Shown here: positions 1-13,465 of the stretch, one piece after another
Layout: every line of letters begins with the position of its first letter
Numbering within the stretch: position 1 is the first letter of the stretch
The notes under the pieces: model-generated
Seen by the model: the letters and a program-made list of their open reading frames with translations, nothing else
Told to the model about the DNA's origin: nothing
The model's database searches: none
Origin: Piromyces finnis finn
Taxonomy: Eukaryota > Fungi > Neocallimastigomycota
Reading direction: 5' to 3'
DNA length: 64,000 nt
Assembly: GCA_002104945.1 (NCBI GenBank)
Contig: MCFH01000013.1
Location: 310,001-374,000 of the forward strand
Translations under genes and position numbers: made by a program

Positions 1-908
1 TAATAAAAAAAAAAAAACTCATTATAGATAAATGGATATTAAAAGAAAATAAATGCCTTTTTTTCATTTTCATCCTTTATGAATTGTTAAAAGAGATAAT
101 AAAAAAATTTTTTTATTTTCTTTTGATAAGGAATGCAATTATGTTGTCTTTTTTTTTAAATATACAACATTGAAAAGGAGAGATCATTGGTGTATTCTAC
201 ACAATATCTATTTAAAACTACATTTTTTAAACTTTTTTTTAAATATATATTTATTAACTTTTATAATAAAATGAATATATTCCAATTAATTTAATATTAT
301 TTCTCTTATTACGAAAAAAAAAAAAACTTAAACTACTCTATATCCTTAGCCTAAATACTTTTCTCTAATTTTATTTTATCATTCAGGATACGTAAGATGC
401 ATAGAATTAATGTTAAATAAAAAATTAAAAAATGAAATCTACTGGAATGAAATTAATTCTTTACATCAAAAGAAATAAATAAAAAAAAAAGGCATCATCA
501 CCTTTTTTTTTATCTATATAAATAAAAGTATAGAATATAATTTTAATATTTAATTAATGCATTGGTATGGTGTTGAAGAAAATCTTGTCAATGCATGCAT
601 GCATCTTATTATTTTTTTTAATCTATTCACTTTAAAAAAAATACGCCATTTTGTTATTATTATAAAAAAAATTTTTTTAAAAATGTTTTTTTTTTTTTCT
701 TATTTTCAGGGTGATGGGCCAGTGAAAATGAAAAAAAATTCAATTCTAATTTAGGAAGTTGCGGTATTTTTTTTAAAAGAAAAATAGCAAAAAAAATTTT
801 TATTTTCTGTTTAAAAAAATATTGCCGCTAAATGACAATAATAATAAGAGGTAGAAAAAAAAATATAATAATAACATAATAGTAGTAGTATAACATATAA
901 TACTAATA

Positions 909-909
909 C

Positions 910-979
<70 letters not shown>
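909..979. repeat. (AAT)n microsatellite
   Basis: Uninterrupted aataat run, flanked by degenerate tagtagta/taacata units. Confidence 0.95.
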
Positions 980-2453
980 TAGAGTAATAATAACATAGTA
1001 GTATTAGTACGAAATAATATAAAAATAATAGAAAGCAAATAAAAACATCTTCAAAACATAGTTTTATATTGTAATACATTGTAATTAAATGTATACAAGT
1101 CGCATGGATAATTTGTTTGTTTTTTTCTGTTTTCATTTTTTGTTATGAGAATAAATTTAATAAGAATTAAAGTTTTAATCTAATATTGTATATTTTAATA
1201 TATTATTAATATATCATTAATTTATTTATAATATTACTCATCTATTTATTATTCATTTGTTGTGTCACATTAAAAATTAGAATTCGCACCAAGAGAAATT
1301 TTATTTATATTTACTACCAGTCAGCATTGCTATCACAAAAGAATCATTGGTGGTTATGAATAGTGGTAGGTAAATAAGAATAAAATAAAATAGAAGAACC
1401 TGACATGGCATTCTAATAATTTTTATTTTTCTTTCCATTAATCAAAATCTTTTGTATTTCTGCTTGAAAATAAAAAAATGAATTCTTTTTCTAGATATCA
1501 ATTGTTGATGAAAATTATCTTTTAATGTATTACAAATGAGTTTAAAAGATTTACCTTTTGACAAAAGTAATGATTCATCATTAATAAAATTACTTTTATT
1601 TCTCTTATCCTTTTTTATTTTAGATTTCTTAAAATAAACCAGTCATTTTAAATACTTAACTACATTATGTATTACATTTTATTACATATAGAAATTAAAT
1701 GTAGAACAAGAAAAAGGAATTGGTTTTTATATTAATTAAATTAATACGACAGAATTAATACAATTTATCACAACACCACCACCACCACCACCAACAACAA
1801 TAATAAATGATCTTTTATAACAGAATATAATATTATTCATATTAAATATTTATGTTTTTTTTTATTTAAATAGATTATTATTCATTTTAATATTAATTAT
1901 GTTTATTACTTCTAAAAAATAAAGCGGCGGTCATTTTTTTAATATTACATGTTACTTATTTGATCCATTCGTATTATGAATAGGAATAAAAATGTAATCT
2001 TTTAAACTCTCCAAAAAATAATAAAAAAAAAAACTAAAATTTTCATATGAATTTAAATATTATCCTTTTTTTTTTATTATATTTTATATTCCTTTATTTT
2101 TAAAAAGTCATGTTTATAATCTTTATTTAAATGATAATTCATATTTAAATCATATTTTAATAATAAATTTTTTTTTAAATAATTTATCCAATGTTATATA
2201 ATCTTTTTGTACAACATTGTACATTGTACATTGTACAACTCTGTCCTTCTTCAAATTATATAACGATTGAATAACCTAAAGAACAAAAGGCACATAAAAA
2301 AATAATTCCATCGCTCTTTTTTATGCATAAAATTAAGGATAACACCAATATTATATTTTATTTTTAGATATAGGATTAAAAAAAAAAAAGATACCTGTTA
2401 AAATAACATATATGTAAAAAAAAAGTCATCTTTATCATCTTCATTAGATAAGC

Positions 2454-2493
2454 ATGACTATGACTATGACTATGACTATGACTATGACTATGA
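2454..2493. repeat. (ATGACT)x6.7 hexanucleotide tandem repeat
   Basis: Six perfect ATGACT units plus ATGA read directly from the sequence. Confidence 0.95.
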
Positions 2494-2513
2494 ATAAATA
2501 AGGGGATTAAAAA

Positions 2514-2547
<34 letters not shown>

Positions 2548-4193
2548 TACTTTTTTTTTTTTTAAAAAAAAATTAATATTGTTTTCTTTTTTTTTTTTTT
2601 TGTTTTGGTTTTGGTTTTGGTTTCTTTTTTCTTTTCAACGAGCCGCCCAAACCACATCAAAATTCCACCATAAAATATACCAAAAAAAGTAAATAATAAA
2701 TTTCAATAATTAATAAAAGAAACAAGAAACAAAATAAAAAACAACAAATAAAGAAATAAATTAAAAAAAAGCTTTTTTTTTTTTTTTCAAATTTATCATT
2801 AATCTTTTTAAGGAATTTAAGGAGACATTCCATTTTTATTAAAGTTTATATATATTGTGAAACTATTGCAATATATGTTTAATTATTAATTTTAATTTAT
2901 TTTATAAATTAGCCGTATTTAATATTAATTTAAATTTAAAAGCAAAAAATTAAACAAATGTGAAATAAAAAAAAAAAACAAAAAGGATGAACAAAGAAAA
3001 TTATCTAGGGATTAAATCAACTATAAATATTATCAATAAATAATATTTATTTATCTTTTTTTATTTTTTAAAAAAAGCGGTAAATAATACTATAATCAAT
3101 GATTATGAATAAAATATTTTATTTTATCTATTGCTTATTTTTTTACATGTTCATTTGAAAAGTTTAAATTTTTTTTATCTACAAATTCATTATAAATTTA
3201 ATAGAAATCATTTATTACAATTTATTTAAATATATTTGTATTAATATAAAAATTAAATAAATAAATATATTAAAATATATTGTTTTTTTGTCATATAGAA
3301 AAACATAATTTTATCATTATTCATTCTTTTAAAAAAATTAATAATTACTATAGATAGAAAGAAAATAAACTTTAATAAATAATAAAACTTTAATTAATAG
3401 AATAAAAATGGTAAATATTGATTTATATATGGCAAACATATATTCTATATAAATTTATATACATTGTTCTTTATTTACATCATATATTATATTAATATTT
3501 ATATATACTTTGAAGAATGTAATTTTTAATTACTTTATATATTAATATTAAAATCAATAATTAAATTAATATTACAAATAAAATTTAATTATTTTATAAA
3601 GTTTAATTAATTTTTTTTTTATACAAAGCGCATAATACAATAATATTAAATTATTTATTAAACTAAATAGGAAATGAAAAATTTAAAAATGATATATAAA
3701 TTAAATAATATTTCTTTAAATTTTCTTTTTTTTTTTTTTTTTAACCTGTTTTTTAAGAGAAAGAGTAACATTTTGAAAAAGTAAACTTGATTACTTTTAT
3801 ATACCAAAGATTTTAAATATACCTAATAAGAGAAATTAGTGATAACAATAAATTAAAAGTTTTAAAAATTATTTATTTTCTTTTCAAATTCACAAACAAA
3901 AAGTAAAAATTTAAAAAGAAAATAAATAATTTTGAGATAAAATGTATAAAAAAACTCACAATTTTTAACCATTCAATTTATAAAAACTATTAAAACTATT
4001 AGTTTTTAATTATTTTTTCTTTCGACAATATTAGAGATAAATATAAAAATAATAAGTGAATAAATTCTTATTTAATATTACAATAATATTACAATAATAG
4101 TAACATTTGTAAATAGACTATAAACTTTAATAATACCAATAACTCCTTAAAAACTCACCAAAATATTTTGAATAAAAAAATTATCAGATAAAA

Positions 4194-6064
4194 ATGAATA
4201 GAATAAATTTATTATTATCTATACTATGTTTCATAATATTAATTAATGCTGTTCCAGTACCTCCTCCAGTAGATACATATTATAAGGAACATCCAGAAGC
4301 ATTCGAAGGAAGTAGTCTTCAAGATATTGAAGGCGCACCTAATAATTCAGGTGGTAATTCTAGTAATAATTTAGGTGATTATAATTCAATAGTAGAAGAA
4401 GGTACATATCAAAATACTAATGATAATTCAAATTCAAATGGACAAATTGAAGAATCTCAAAATTATGACAACTATGCATCAACAACTTCTGTAACAAAAT
4501 CACCTGTAACACAGACAGAAAATACTACAAATACTACAACTCCTACAAATCAAAATAGTGATAATAATAATGAAACTAAAAATAATAAAAATGGTGCTAG
4601 TAAAGGTTTAGTAACTTTTGTCATAGGTAATGTTTAATTTTATAATAGTTTTACACATAAAAAATAATAACTTGAATTTTTATAAAAAACAAAATGTAAT
4701 TATTAATAATAAATTAATCTTTTTATTATAATATTTTATTATTACAGTTGTATTTGCTATCATTATTGTATTATCAGTAAGTATTCTTGTTTATAAAAAG
4801 AAATATTTGGGAAATGAAAATCTTCCAACAAGAGAATCAACTTTTGGTTTTAAAACAGGAAATCTTATGGAAAAAATTCAAACTATCAACATTAATAACG
4901 CTGAAACAAGTAATGGTGATGATGTTATAATTAAATACGATATTGATAATGAAATTAATACATCAGAATTAAAAAATGGTTTGTATTGTACAAATAATTA
5001 ATTCTACTATTTTAAAAATTATAAATTATAATGTACTGACAATTTATATTTTTTTTTAACAAAAAAATTAAAGCCTTAGAACCAAACAAGAATAATGAAC
5101 AATATAATCATTGGTTTGATAGTATGAAAAGAGGATTAAAACCTCCACCATCTCATGATAATAAGAATAAGAAAAAGAAGAATGGTGGTTCAAAAATTAC
5201 TGGAAGTGGATCATTACTTTCTATATCCACTAAATCAAAATCACCTGATCTTTCCAAGAGCTATAAATCTGTTTCAAAAGATTTTTCTATCAGTAGAAAT
5301 TCTACCGATATCAGTGCTCGTACTCAAACTATGATTTCACAATGTAGTAGTAATGGTGGTGGTGCTTTCGGTTATAAAAATAATAAATTAAATAAACATT
5401 CTTCAGTCGCTTTAACTTTTGGTTGTTTAACAGAAAGAGAAGATTCATATAATGAACTTAGTAGCACCTCGAGAATAAGTAATATTGCAAGTTCAAGAGT
5501 TTCAAAAATAAGTACTCAAAATAGTAGTCCAAGAAGTTTAACCTCATTTATATCTAATTCTCCAATTACCCAAAGCTTTAAAAGTAGATTTTCAACCTAC
5601 TTTTCTGGAGGAAAAAAACAAGTTAATGGTTTTGATAATAGAAAGGTAAATTTTTTATTTTTTAATAAATTTCTTAGTAATATAAATATTTTACATTATA
5701 TTAATTCAATTTATAATAATAATTTTAATTTTAATAGAATAGTGATTCGGATAGAACAAGTTACATTGATGAATCTTCTTCTTCAAGAAATGCCTATATT
5801 TCTAAAAAAAGTCCATATATGAGTATGAGTGGTTCTGAAATTGGAAATATTACTTCAAAAAAATCTTTAAATAAAATTGATACTTCAATCATAAATATAA
5901 GAAATGATAAAGATGTCGTGATGACACCATTAACAGAAAAAGCTACAGAAGATAGTAATTATACTATTGAAAATAGTAAGGAGCAATTAATTAGCAACAG
6001 AGAAATTCTTACTTCATTTTTAAATAATAATGATAAATTAGATTTATCTTTATCTTTTAAGTAA
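4194..6064 (+). CDS. Single-pass type I membrane protein of unknown function (signal peptide, Asn/Ser/Thr-rich ectodomain, TM helix, Ser-rich cytoplasmic tail); 4 exons, about 520 aa
   Basis: Exons 4194-4626, 4748-4978, 5074-5645 and 5738-6064 join in frame via GT-AG introns. N-terminus MNRINLLLSILCFIILINA looks like a signal peptide. Splicing creates the TM segment GLVTFVIVVFAIIIVLSVSILVY followed by KKK. Confidence 0.85.
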
Positions 6065-6913
6065 GAAAATGTTTTTATTGTTAAAAAAAAAAACAAAAAC
6101 AAAAACATATATAAATATTATATACCATTATCATAAATTATTATTTTTTTTTTTTAAATAATACAATGAAAAAAAAAAAAAAAAAAACATAATTTTTAAC
6201 AAGCGATTTAAAAATGTATTTTCTAAAATTTTTGGAGAAATTTTTATTTTAAAAAAAAAAAAAAGAAATATATATTATTAAAATTAATAATATATATAAT
6301 ACCTTTTTTTTTTTTTTATTTTGTTTTATAGAAATATATATATATATATAATATTTAGATTTTAAATAAAGCAGAAAATATATATATATATATATACTAT
6401 TTAATATATCCAACACAACATTATTTATTTATTTTTTTAAATAGAGCAGTAAATAAAGTGAACCATTTTTTTTTTTAAAAAAAAAAAGTATCTATACAAT
6501 ATTTAATTTTTTTTTTAGAAAACAAAGTTAATAAAAAATTGTTTTTAAATGATGAAAAAAAAAAAAAAAAGAATATTTTTGTGTGTTAAAATGTAATGTA
6601 ATAAAAAATATAAAATTTCAAAGATTAGTAAAAAGTAGAATAGTAAAATATAATTATTTTTTTTGTTTTGTTTTGTTTTATTTTATTATTATATTTTAGT
6701 AGAGAAACATATTGTTAAAAAAAAAAAATTTTTTTTTTTATAGATCAATATTAAGTAAGAAAAAGAAAAAAAAAAAAAAAAAAAAGATAGATTATTAATA
6801 TAAAAAAGTTATAAAATTAAAAAAAAAAAAAAACCTTTCAACTATTTTATATTTTACACTATAGAATTCGATCTATAAAAGAAATGAAATAAAAAAAAAA
6901 AAATTTTTTTTTT

Positions 6914-6947
<34 letters not shown>

Positions 6948-6996
6948 GGTATATTGAACTAATTCATTTTGAAAAAAAAAAAAAAAATTAAAGTGT

Positions 6997-9900
6997 TTAT
7001 TTTCTATATTTCTTAAATAATGGATTACGTTTCTTTTGTATAGCTGCAGCGGCAGCAGATTTATTATATTCAATATAGGCCATATCATCACCACCAGAAT
7101 GAGATTTTAATGTGGTTTCTCTACGAGTAGTAAATCCATAACGACTAATACCTCTTCCTCTATTATTCACGGCAACATCATCGGATTGAGCTAATCCTTC
7201 TTCTTCTTCATCTTCCTTTGTAGCATTCAATGTACTATTTAATAATTCAATTTGTTCATCATGCGATCCAAAAACTAAATCTTTCATATTTTCAATACCT
7301 TCCAAGTGTGTAATGACTTTAAAGGAATATCCTTGATCAATCAAGAATTGTTGACGTTTGGTGGAATAAAGCATTTCTTCTGTATCCTTAGAAACTAAGG
7401 AATAGAAAAAGGCATTGAAACCTTCATCATTTCTTCTTTTAGCACGTAAAATACGACCTAAACGTTGGGCTTCTTGTCTACGAGAACCATAATGAGATGA
7501 AATTTGAATTAAACAGGTGGCTTCCGGTAAATCTAAAGATGTATCACCAACTTTGGATAAGAATAAGGTATTTAAATTTGGATTATTTTGGAATTGTTGT
7601 AAAATACGTAATCTTTCGGTTTGACTGGTTGGTCCATAAATATATGGCTTATTAAGTTTAATAGCATATTGCTATATAAATTATATCCATTAAATATTTC
7701 AATATATACATATATTTAAATATTATAAAATATTAATAAACAATACAATAAATAAAAGGAGGGGAGGGAAAAAAAAAAAAAGAGGATTTATACCTTTAGG
7801 GCAAATACATTATCTGAAAATACAATAATTTTATCACCTCTTGATTCATGATATTTAATTAAATATTGACAAACTTGGAATTTAATTGGATTCATGGCAT
7901 ATAATAATCTTCTTATACGCGATGATCTCTTTAAATATTCTCTATAAAATTCCGGTGTTACATTACACCATACTTCGGCACACTGTTGTAATTTATTAAA
8001 AATTTAATAATAATAATAATAAAGAAAAAATGTTGATCATTATGTATTAAATGTATATTCCTTTTTTTTTTTTCTATGATTAAAAAATAAAATGAAAAAT
8101 TATTGGTTTCTCTATAGATATACCTGTACATTAGCAATGTGACCTTTTTGAGCTAAATCCATCCAGTTAGCTTCATATAACTTTGGACCAATTAAAAAAT
8201 TTAAATCATCAATCTTATCATCTTCTCTGACTAAAGTAGCTGTAAGTCCCATTTTTGTGTGTGCTGCTACAGTAGTTAAAACCTTACGAAATACATTTGC
8301 TGGAACGACATGGACTTCATCTAACAATAGAAAACCCCATTCCTTTGATCTTAAAAATTCCATCATTTTATTGGTATCATAGGCACGTTTACCTGTATGT
8401 GTAACCATAGTATAGGTAGAAATTACAATACCAGCATCACCCATAAATTTTTCTTTTGTTTCTGAAGTAAATTTAGCAATTTGACTATCTTTAATATTTG
8501 ACCATTGTTTAAATTCTCTTGCCCATTGTTCAACAGACACACTTTTATTTTAACCATAAATTATAATAATTATTGAAATATTAGATATATATTTTAAATA
8601 AATACAATAGGAATGTTATTAAATTATTATTCTTATTATTATTTTGTTATATTATAAATATATTAAAATGTTATTTCATACGCAGATGTACAAAGAACCA
8701 AGGTACTCTTCTTAATGGTACATGCAGCAGTAATACCTACTAAAGTTTTACCAGCACCACATGGTAATACAATAATACCAGATCTTGCTCTACCATTACC
8801 AAACATTTTACTTAAACATTTTTCTTGATAAGGACGAATCATTGTTGTGGGTTTGAGATCAATTTCCAAATTAGTATTTAAGGTATCATTTTTGAAATCA
8901 TATTCTTCAAGCATAGGATAATCAATTTCACAACATCTCTTCTTTACTTCCTATAGTATTATCAAAATAATTAGTTAATATCTTTTATTATTCAGATAGA
9001 TTACATATTATTACAAAAAAAAAAAAAAAAAAAAAAAAAGCTCATGATTACTTCAACACATTCAGAATTAATTTCAAAGGAGTGTACAACTTCATCTCTT
9101 ATCAATTCTTCGTCTTCATCCTCTATTAAAATGAGTAATGCATATATTAATTTATTACTTTTATATAGTTGGAATTATATAATTTAAAAAATAAATAAAA
9201 ATAAAAAATACCCTTTTCTAAACTAATAACAGCACCAAATTGATCATCTTCTTCTTTTTTCTTTTCATTTGTCTTATCTTGTTCTTGTTCTTTATTTTCT
9301 GGTTTTTTATTAAGTCCTGCTATTTGAATATCTTTGGAATTTGGTGCTTTTTCTGTCATTAAGTCTGCTTTATTTGCCACAGAAATAACTTTTGCATTTA
9401 AAATAACTGGATCTTTTAATAATTTTTGCAATATATCTGGATGTGTTGATTCTACAAAATATCTATTATGTTTTAATACTAATTTAACTTTTCCGTATGA
9501 AAGAGTACAATCTCTTATAAAATTTTTAATAGTATCTGATACAGGAATCTTTTATATTTTAAATATTTCAATAATACAACAAATTTAATAATTTAAAAAG
9601 TTTATAAAAATATTATAAAGATTTTGATATATATTATTAATATTATAAAATTACCTTTGATAATCTATTTAATACATCAATGATATCTTCTGTTTCTAAA
9701 CCGACGGATACGGCAGCATATAATGAGTATGGTGTTAATTTATATTCGTGAATATTTGCTGGTCTATATAGATATATTTTTGAAAAGATATTATTATTTT
9801 TTGTTATATATTATATTACTAATTATGAATTGTAATTTCAGTATTAAAAAATAAATCATTACCTAGTAACCGGTTCACTTATAGCAACCAAAAAATCTTG

Positions 9901-10452
9901 TGCCTGTTCTGCAATTGGAGAAAAAGCTTCTAAAATAATTCTTCCATCATCACATACCCATAATGGTCTTGAACGATGATCTGGTTTTAATTGTAATGAT
10001 GTATAATTTTCTTTAATGTATATTGAATCATTTTTATCTTGATTATTTTCATTATATCCTTCCTGGGTATTAACTAATTCTAACTTTGCTTTTTTTGGTA
10101 CTTAAAAAAAAAAAAATGTTTTTTATGTTATAAGATTTATAATAATTGATACTATATATATATACTATATATATATTTTTTGCAATATATATAATTACAG
10201 TATGGATCTAATTCAACAGAGGCTTTATTAAAAAAAAAAAAAAAAAAGAGTATATAATTATATATATTTTAATATATATTGTTTTAAACAATTTATTATA
10301 AGTAATTAATTTTGCTAATATATTTTTTTTTTCTTTTTTTAAAAAAATTTAAAAATTAATATTTAATAATATATTAAATATGAAATCAACAAAAGAAAGT
10401 AACCTTCTCTTGATCTTTTTCCATATTGCGCATTGGGATTTGGTAAGGACAT
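6997..10452 (-). CDS. SSL2: TFIIH helicase/translocase subunit XPB (Ssl2/Rad25/ERCC3); about 10 exons
   Basis: Motifs [45 protein letters not shown] (Walker A), [11 protein letters not shown] (Walker B), [37 protein letters not shown] and [12 protein letters not shown]. The start was inferred at ATG 10452 ([16 protein letters not shown]) with a 24-nt second exon at 10222-10199. Confidence 0.97.
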
Positions 10453-11414
10453 GCTCTTCTTTATTATATAAATTCAATAATAATAATAATAATAATAATG
10501 AGAAATTATATTTATGTAAAATGTTAAAATATTTTATTACTTGTATTGATATATACAAAAATAATAAAAAATATTTTATTAAAATTTAATTTTTTTAAAT
10601 CATTGAACACTTATAATATGTATTATTTAAAAAGAAAGAAAGAAAGAAACAATTCATTTTATATATATTTTTTTTTAAATTTTATTATTTTATTTTTATT
10701 GTAACAATTTTTTTTTCTTTAATATATATTTAAAGTTTTATTTTAATTATATAGATTATTAACCTTTCAAAATTTAAAAATATTTATTATAAATATATAT
10801 AATCAAATATTAATTATATTATTTTTTTTAATTTTAAAAATTGAAAATTTATAAAAGATGTATTTTAAATTTAAAGAAAAATGCTTGATATTTATACCAA
10901 TTTTTTAAGTTTTATGTCCAATCATTTGTGGAATATAAATGTTAATTTTTAATATGTAAACAAAAAAAAAAAAAAAAAAAAAAAAAAACAGATAAAGTAA
11001 TTAATTTTATTATTTTTATTTTAAAAAATTATCCACAAAAATTATATATTTAAATGTGAATTTAAATGTTTAGTAATAAATATTATTTACAACAACTAAG
11101 TAATTAATTTATATAAATAATTTATATTATATCAACATTAAATAAAATGAGAATATATCAAAATATTTTCATTTCAAAAAGTCATATATATTACAAATAA
11201 TTAAAATAAAAAGTTAATAATATATATATGTAATAATATGATTATGTGTTGCTAATTATTTTATTTATAATCTGATAATTTTAACTTGAATAATTACAAT
11301 TTTTTTTAAAATTTAAAATATGGTATATTGGGTAAATTGCCACAGTGTTTTAAAAAATTATATATATTTAATATGGAGATATTTGTTTTAAATAAAATGT
11401 TATTCATCAACAAA

Positions 11415-13465
11415 TTATGTAAAATCAAATCCCCAGATTTCGATATTCATACATTCAAATTTTCCACTGGATGTTAAAGGTGGATTATTATATGTTGGAC
11501 AATATGTAGTATACCCATTTAATAAATCACTCGATATATATAAGCCAAAATCTCCATTTCTATTAATGTATATTAATATAAATAAATATTAGTTTTATTT
11601 TTTATGCTTATGAAAATGTGGATTATTTAAAAAAATTTTTTTTCCTTACCCTCCACCAAATGCTATAAACGATTTATCTGTAACAATGTGATATTGATTT
11701 TCAACAGATCCTCTGTAGTATTCTAATTCTTTTGAATCATTATTTAGTTTCCATAAAAAACATTCACCAGATCCATAAAATCTTTTGCAAACATGAAGAT
11801 TTTCTGATAAATATGATCCATATATCTATTAAAAATAGTTTTTTTTAAAGTTATTGTTATTTATTTTTACTATTTATTATGTTATTGTTAATTATTTAAT
11901 TAATTAATTCATACATATCCATCTGTATCTAATATTGCTAGTAGAAATGATCCTGTTAAGTGTGTTTCTTCACATTTACTTAATAAAGTTGTAATAGTCG
12001 AACCATGATCAATTACACTGTATACAAGTTCCCATTTATTACATTCTCGATAATAAGGTGGTAATATCTTTCTTAACTATTAAAATATTTTTACATATAA
12101 AAAAATATATTTATATAAATATATGCGATAAAAAAAATAGGGTTATTTAATTTTTCATATAATTATTATTAATTAAAATATAAAGGCAAAATAGTTTACC
12201 TTTTCCGCAAGGAATATATTAATAACATTGTTTTCACATGATTTTCTTCCATTCAACTCTATTCCAGGTTGTTTGAAAACTTCTTCTAAATTATGGTCAA
12301 TGTTCATTAATACACTATTTCTTTTACTTCTCTTATCCTTTTTTTTCTTTGAATGCTCCGATATGTTTGACTCTTCTTCTAGTATTGGTGAAGTAAGACC
12401 TATATTTAATAAATCATTTATATCATAATTATAATTATAGGGTGATATGTATGAACTAGCATTGGAATTTTTTTTAATATTTAGTAGTTGAGAGATAGAT
12501 ACTTCTTTGCCTACTTTATTATTAAATGAATTTATACTACTAGAAGAATAAGAATTTAAATTATTTTGAGAAAGTACGCTTTCAGATACAATTATGTTTG
12601 TCGAACTATTTTTACTTTTGTTTTTAAATAATGATTGAAACACACTACTTCTACGTCTTGTTTTAGGTATATTTGATTTATTAATTGAGAGTAAGGATAC
12701 ATCATTTGTATTATTATTGTCATCATTTCTAAAATGAAGAGAATCAGTATCATTTTTATTGCTATCACTTCTATTATTACTATCATCATTAAAATGATCA
12801 ATCGAATTATTAATATTAATTAATGAAATATCATTTTGATGTATTTGTTTCAATAAATCTTCACTTGATTTATGTTCTTCTTTATTAATGCTTCCATTTG
12901 TACATATTTCATTTGTTTCTATTAATGGTGTAACTTTAATAGATATTCCTTCGCTTATAGTAACATTATTATTAATTTCATTATCGATAGATTTTATTAA
13001 AATTTTGTTTTCTTCTTCATTTTGTTCTAGTGAATTTTCATTTATTGTATATTCTTTGTCTTTTTCATCTTCACTAAGTTCAATTCTCGACATAAATTCT
13101 GAATAAAAACGTCTTGCTTCATTTATAATTGAATATTCTTCTAATTTAGATAGATCGTCATATGTATCATTTATTATATTCTTACTATTTATTGTTGGTA
13201 GAAGTTCTTCATAAAGTAAATATTCCTTTGGGTTTCCATTCGATATTGAGTAATTTCTTTTTTTTAATCCTAAATCATTAAATAAATCATCATCTATATT
13301 ATTATTACTATTATCATCTTTTTCATGAAATGAAATTAAATTTTCAGGAATTGTTCTAGGTGTTTTCTCTAATCCTGATGTATATGAATTTGATAATGCT
13401 TTTTGATAAGGTTCTGGATTATAATATCGATCGGTTTGTTCACTTATTACTTTATAATTACTCAT
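11415..13465 (-). CDS. OXR1: TLDc-domain protein (Oxr1/NCOA7 family) with long low-complexity N-terminus; 4 exons
   Basis: Large exon 13465-12200, then three small exons encoding LPPYYRECNKWELVYSVIDHGSTITTL, YGSYLSE...FYGSGECFLWK, FIAFGG, DFGLYISSDLLNGYTTYCPTYNNPPL and FECMNIEIWGF. These are typical TLDc motifs. Stop TAA at 11417-11415. Confidence 0.88.

Noticed and set aside
909-1136. ORF ending in poly-Tyr
   Set aside because: It is a translation of the (AAT)n microsatellite with no coding signal.
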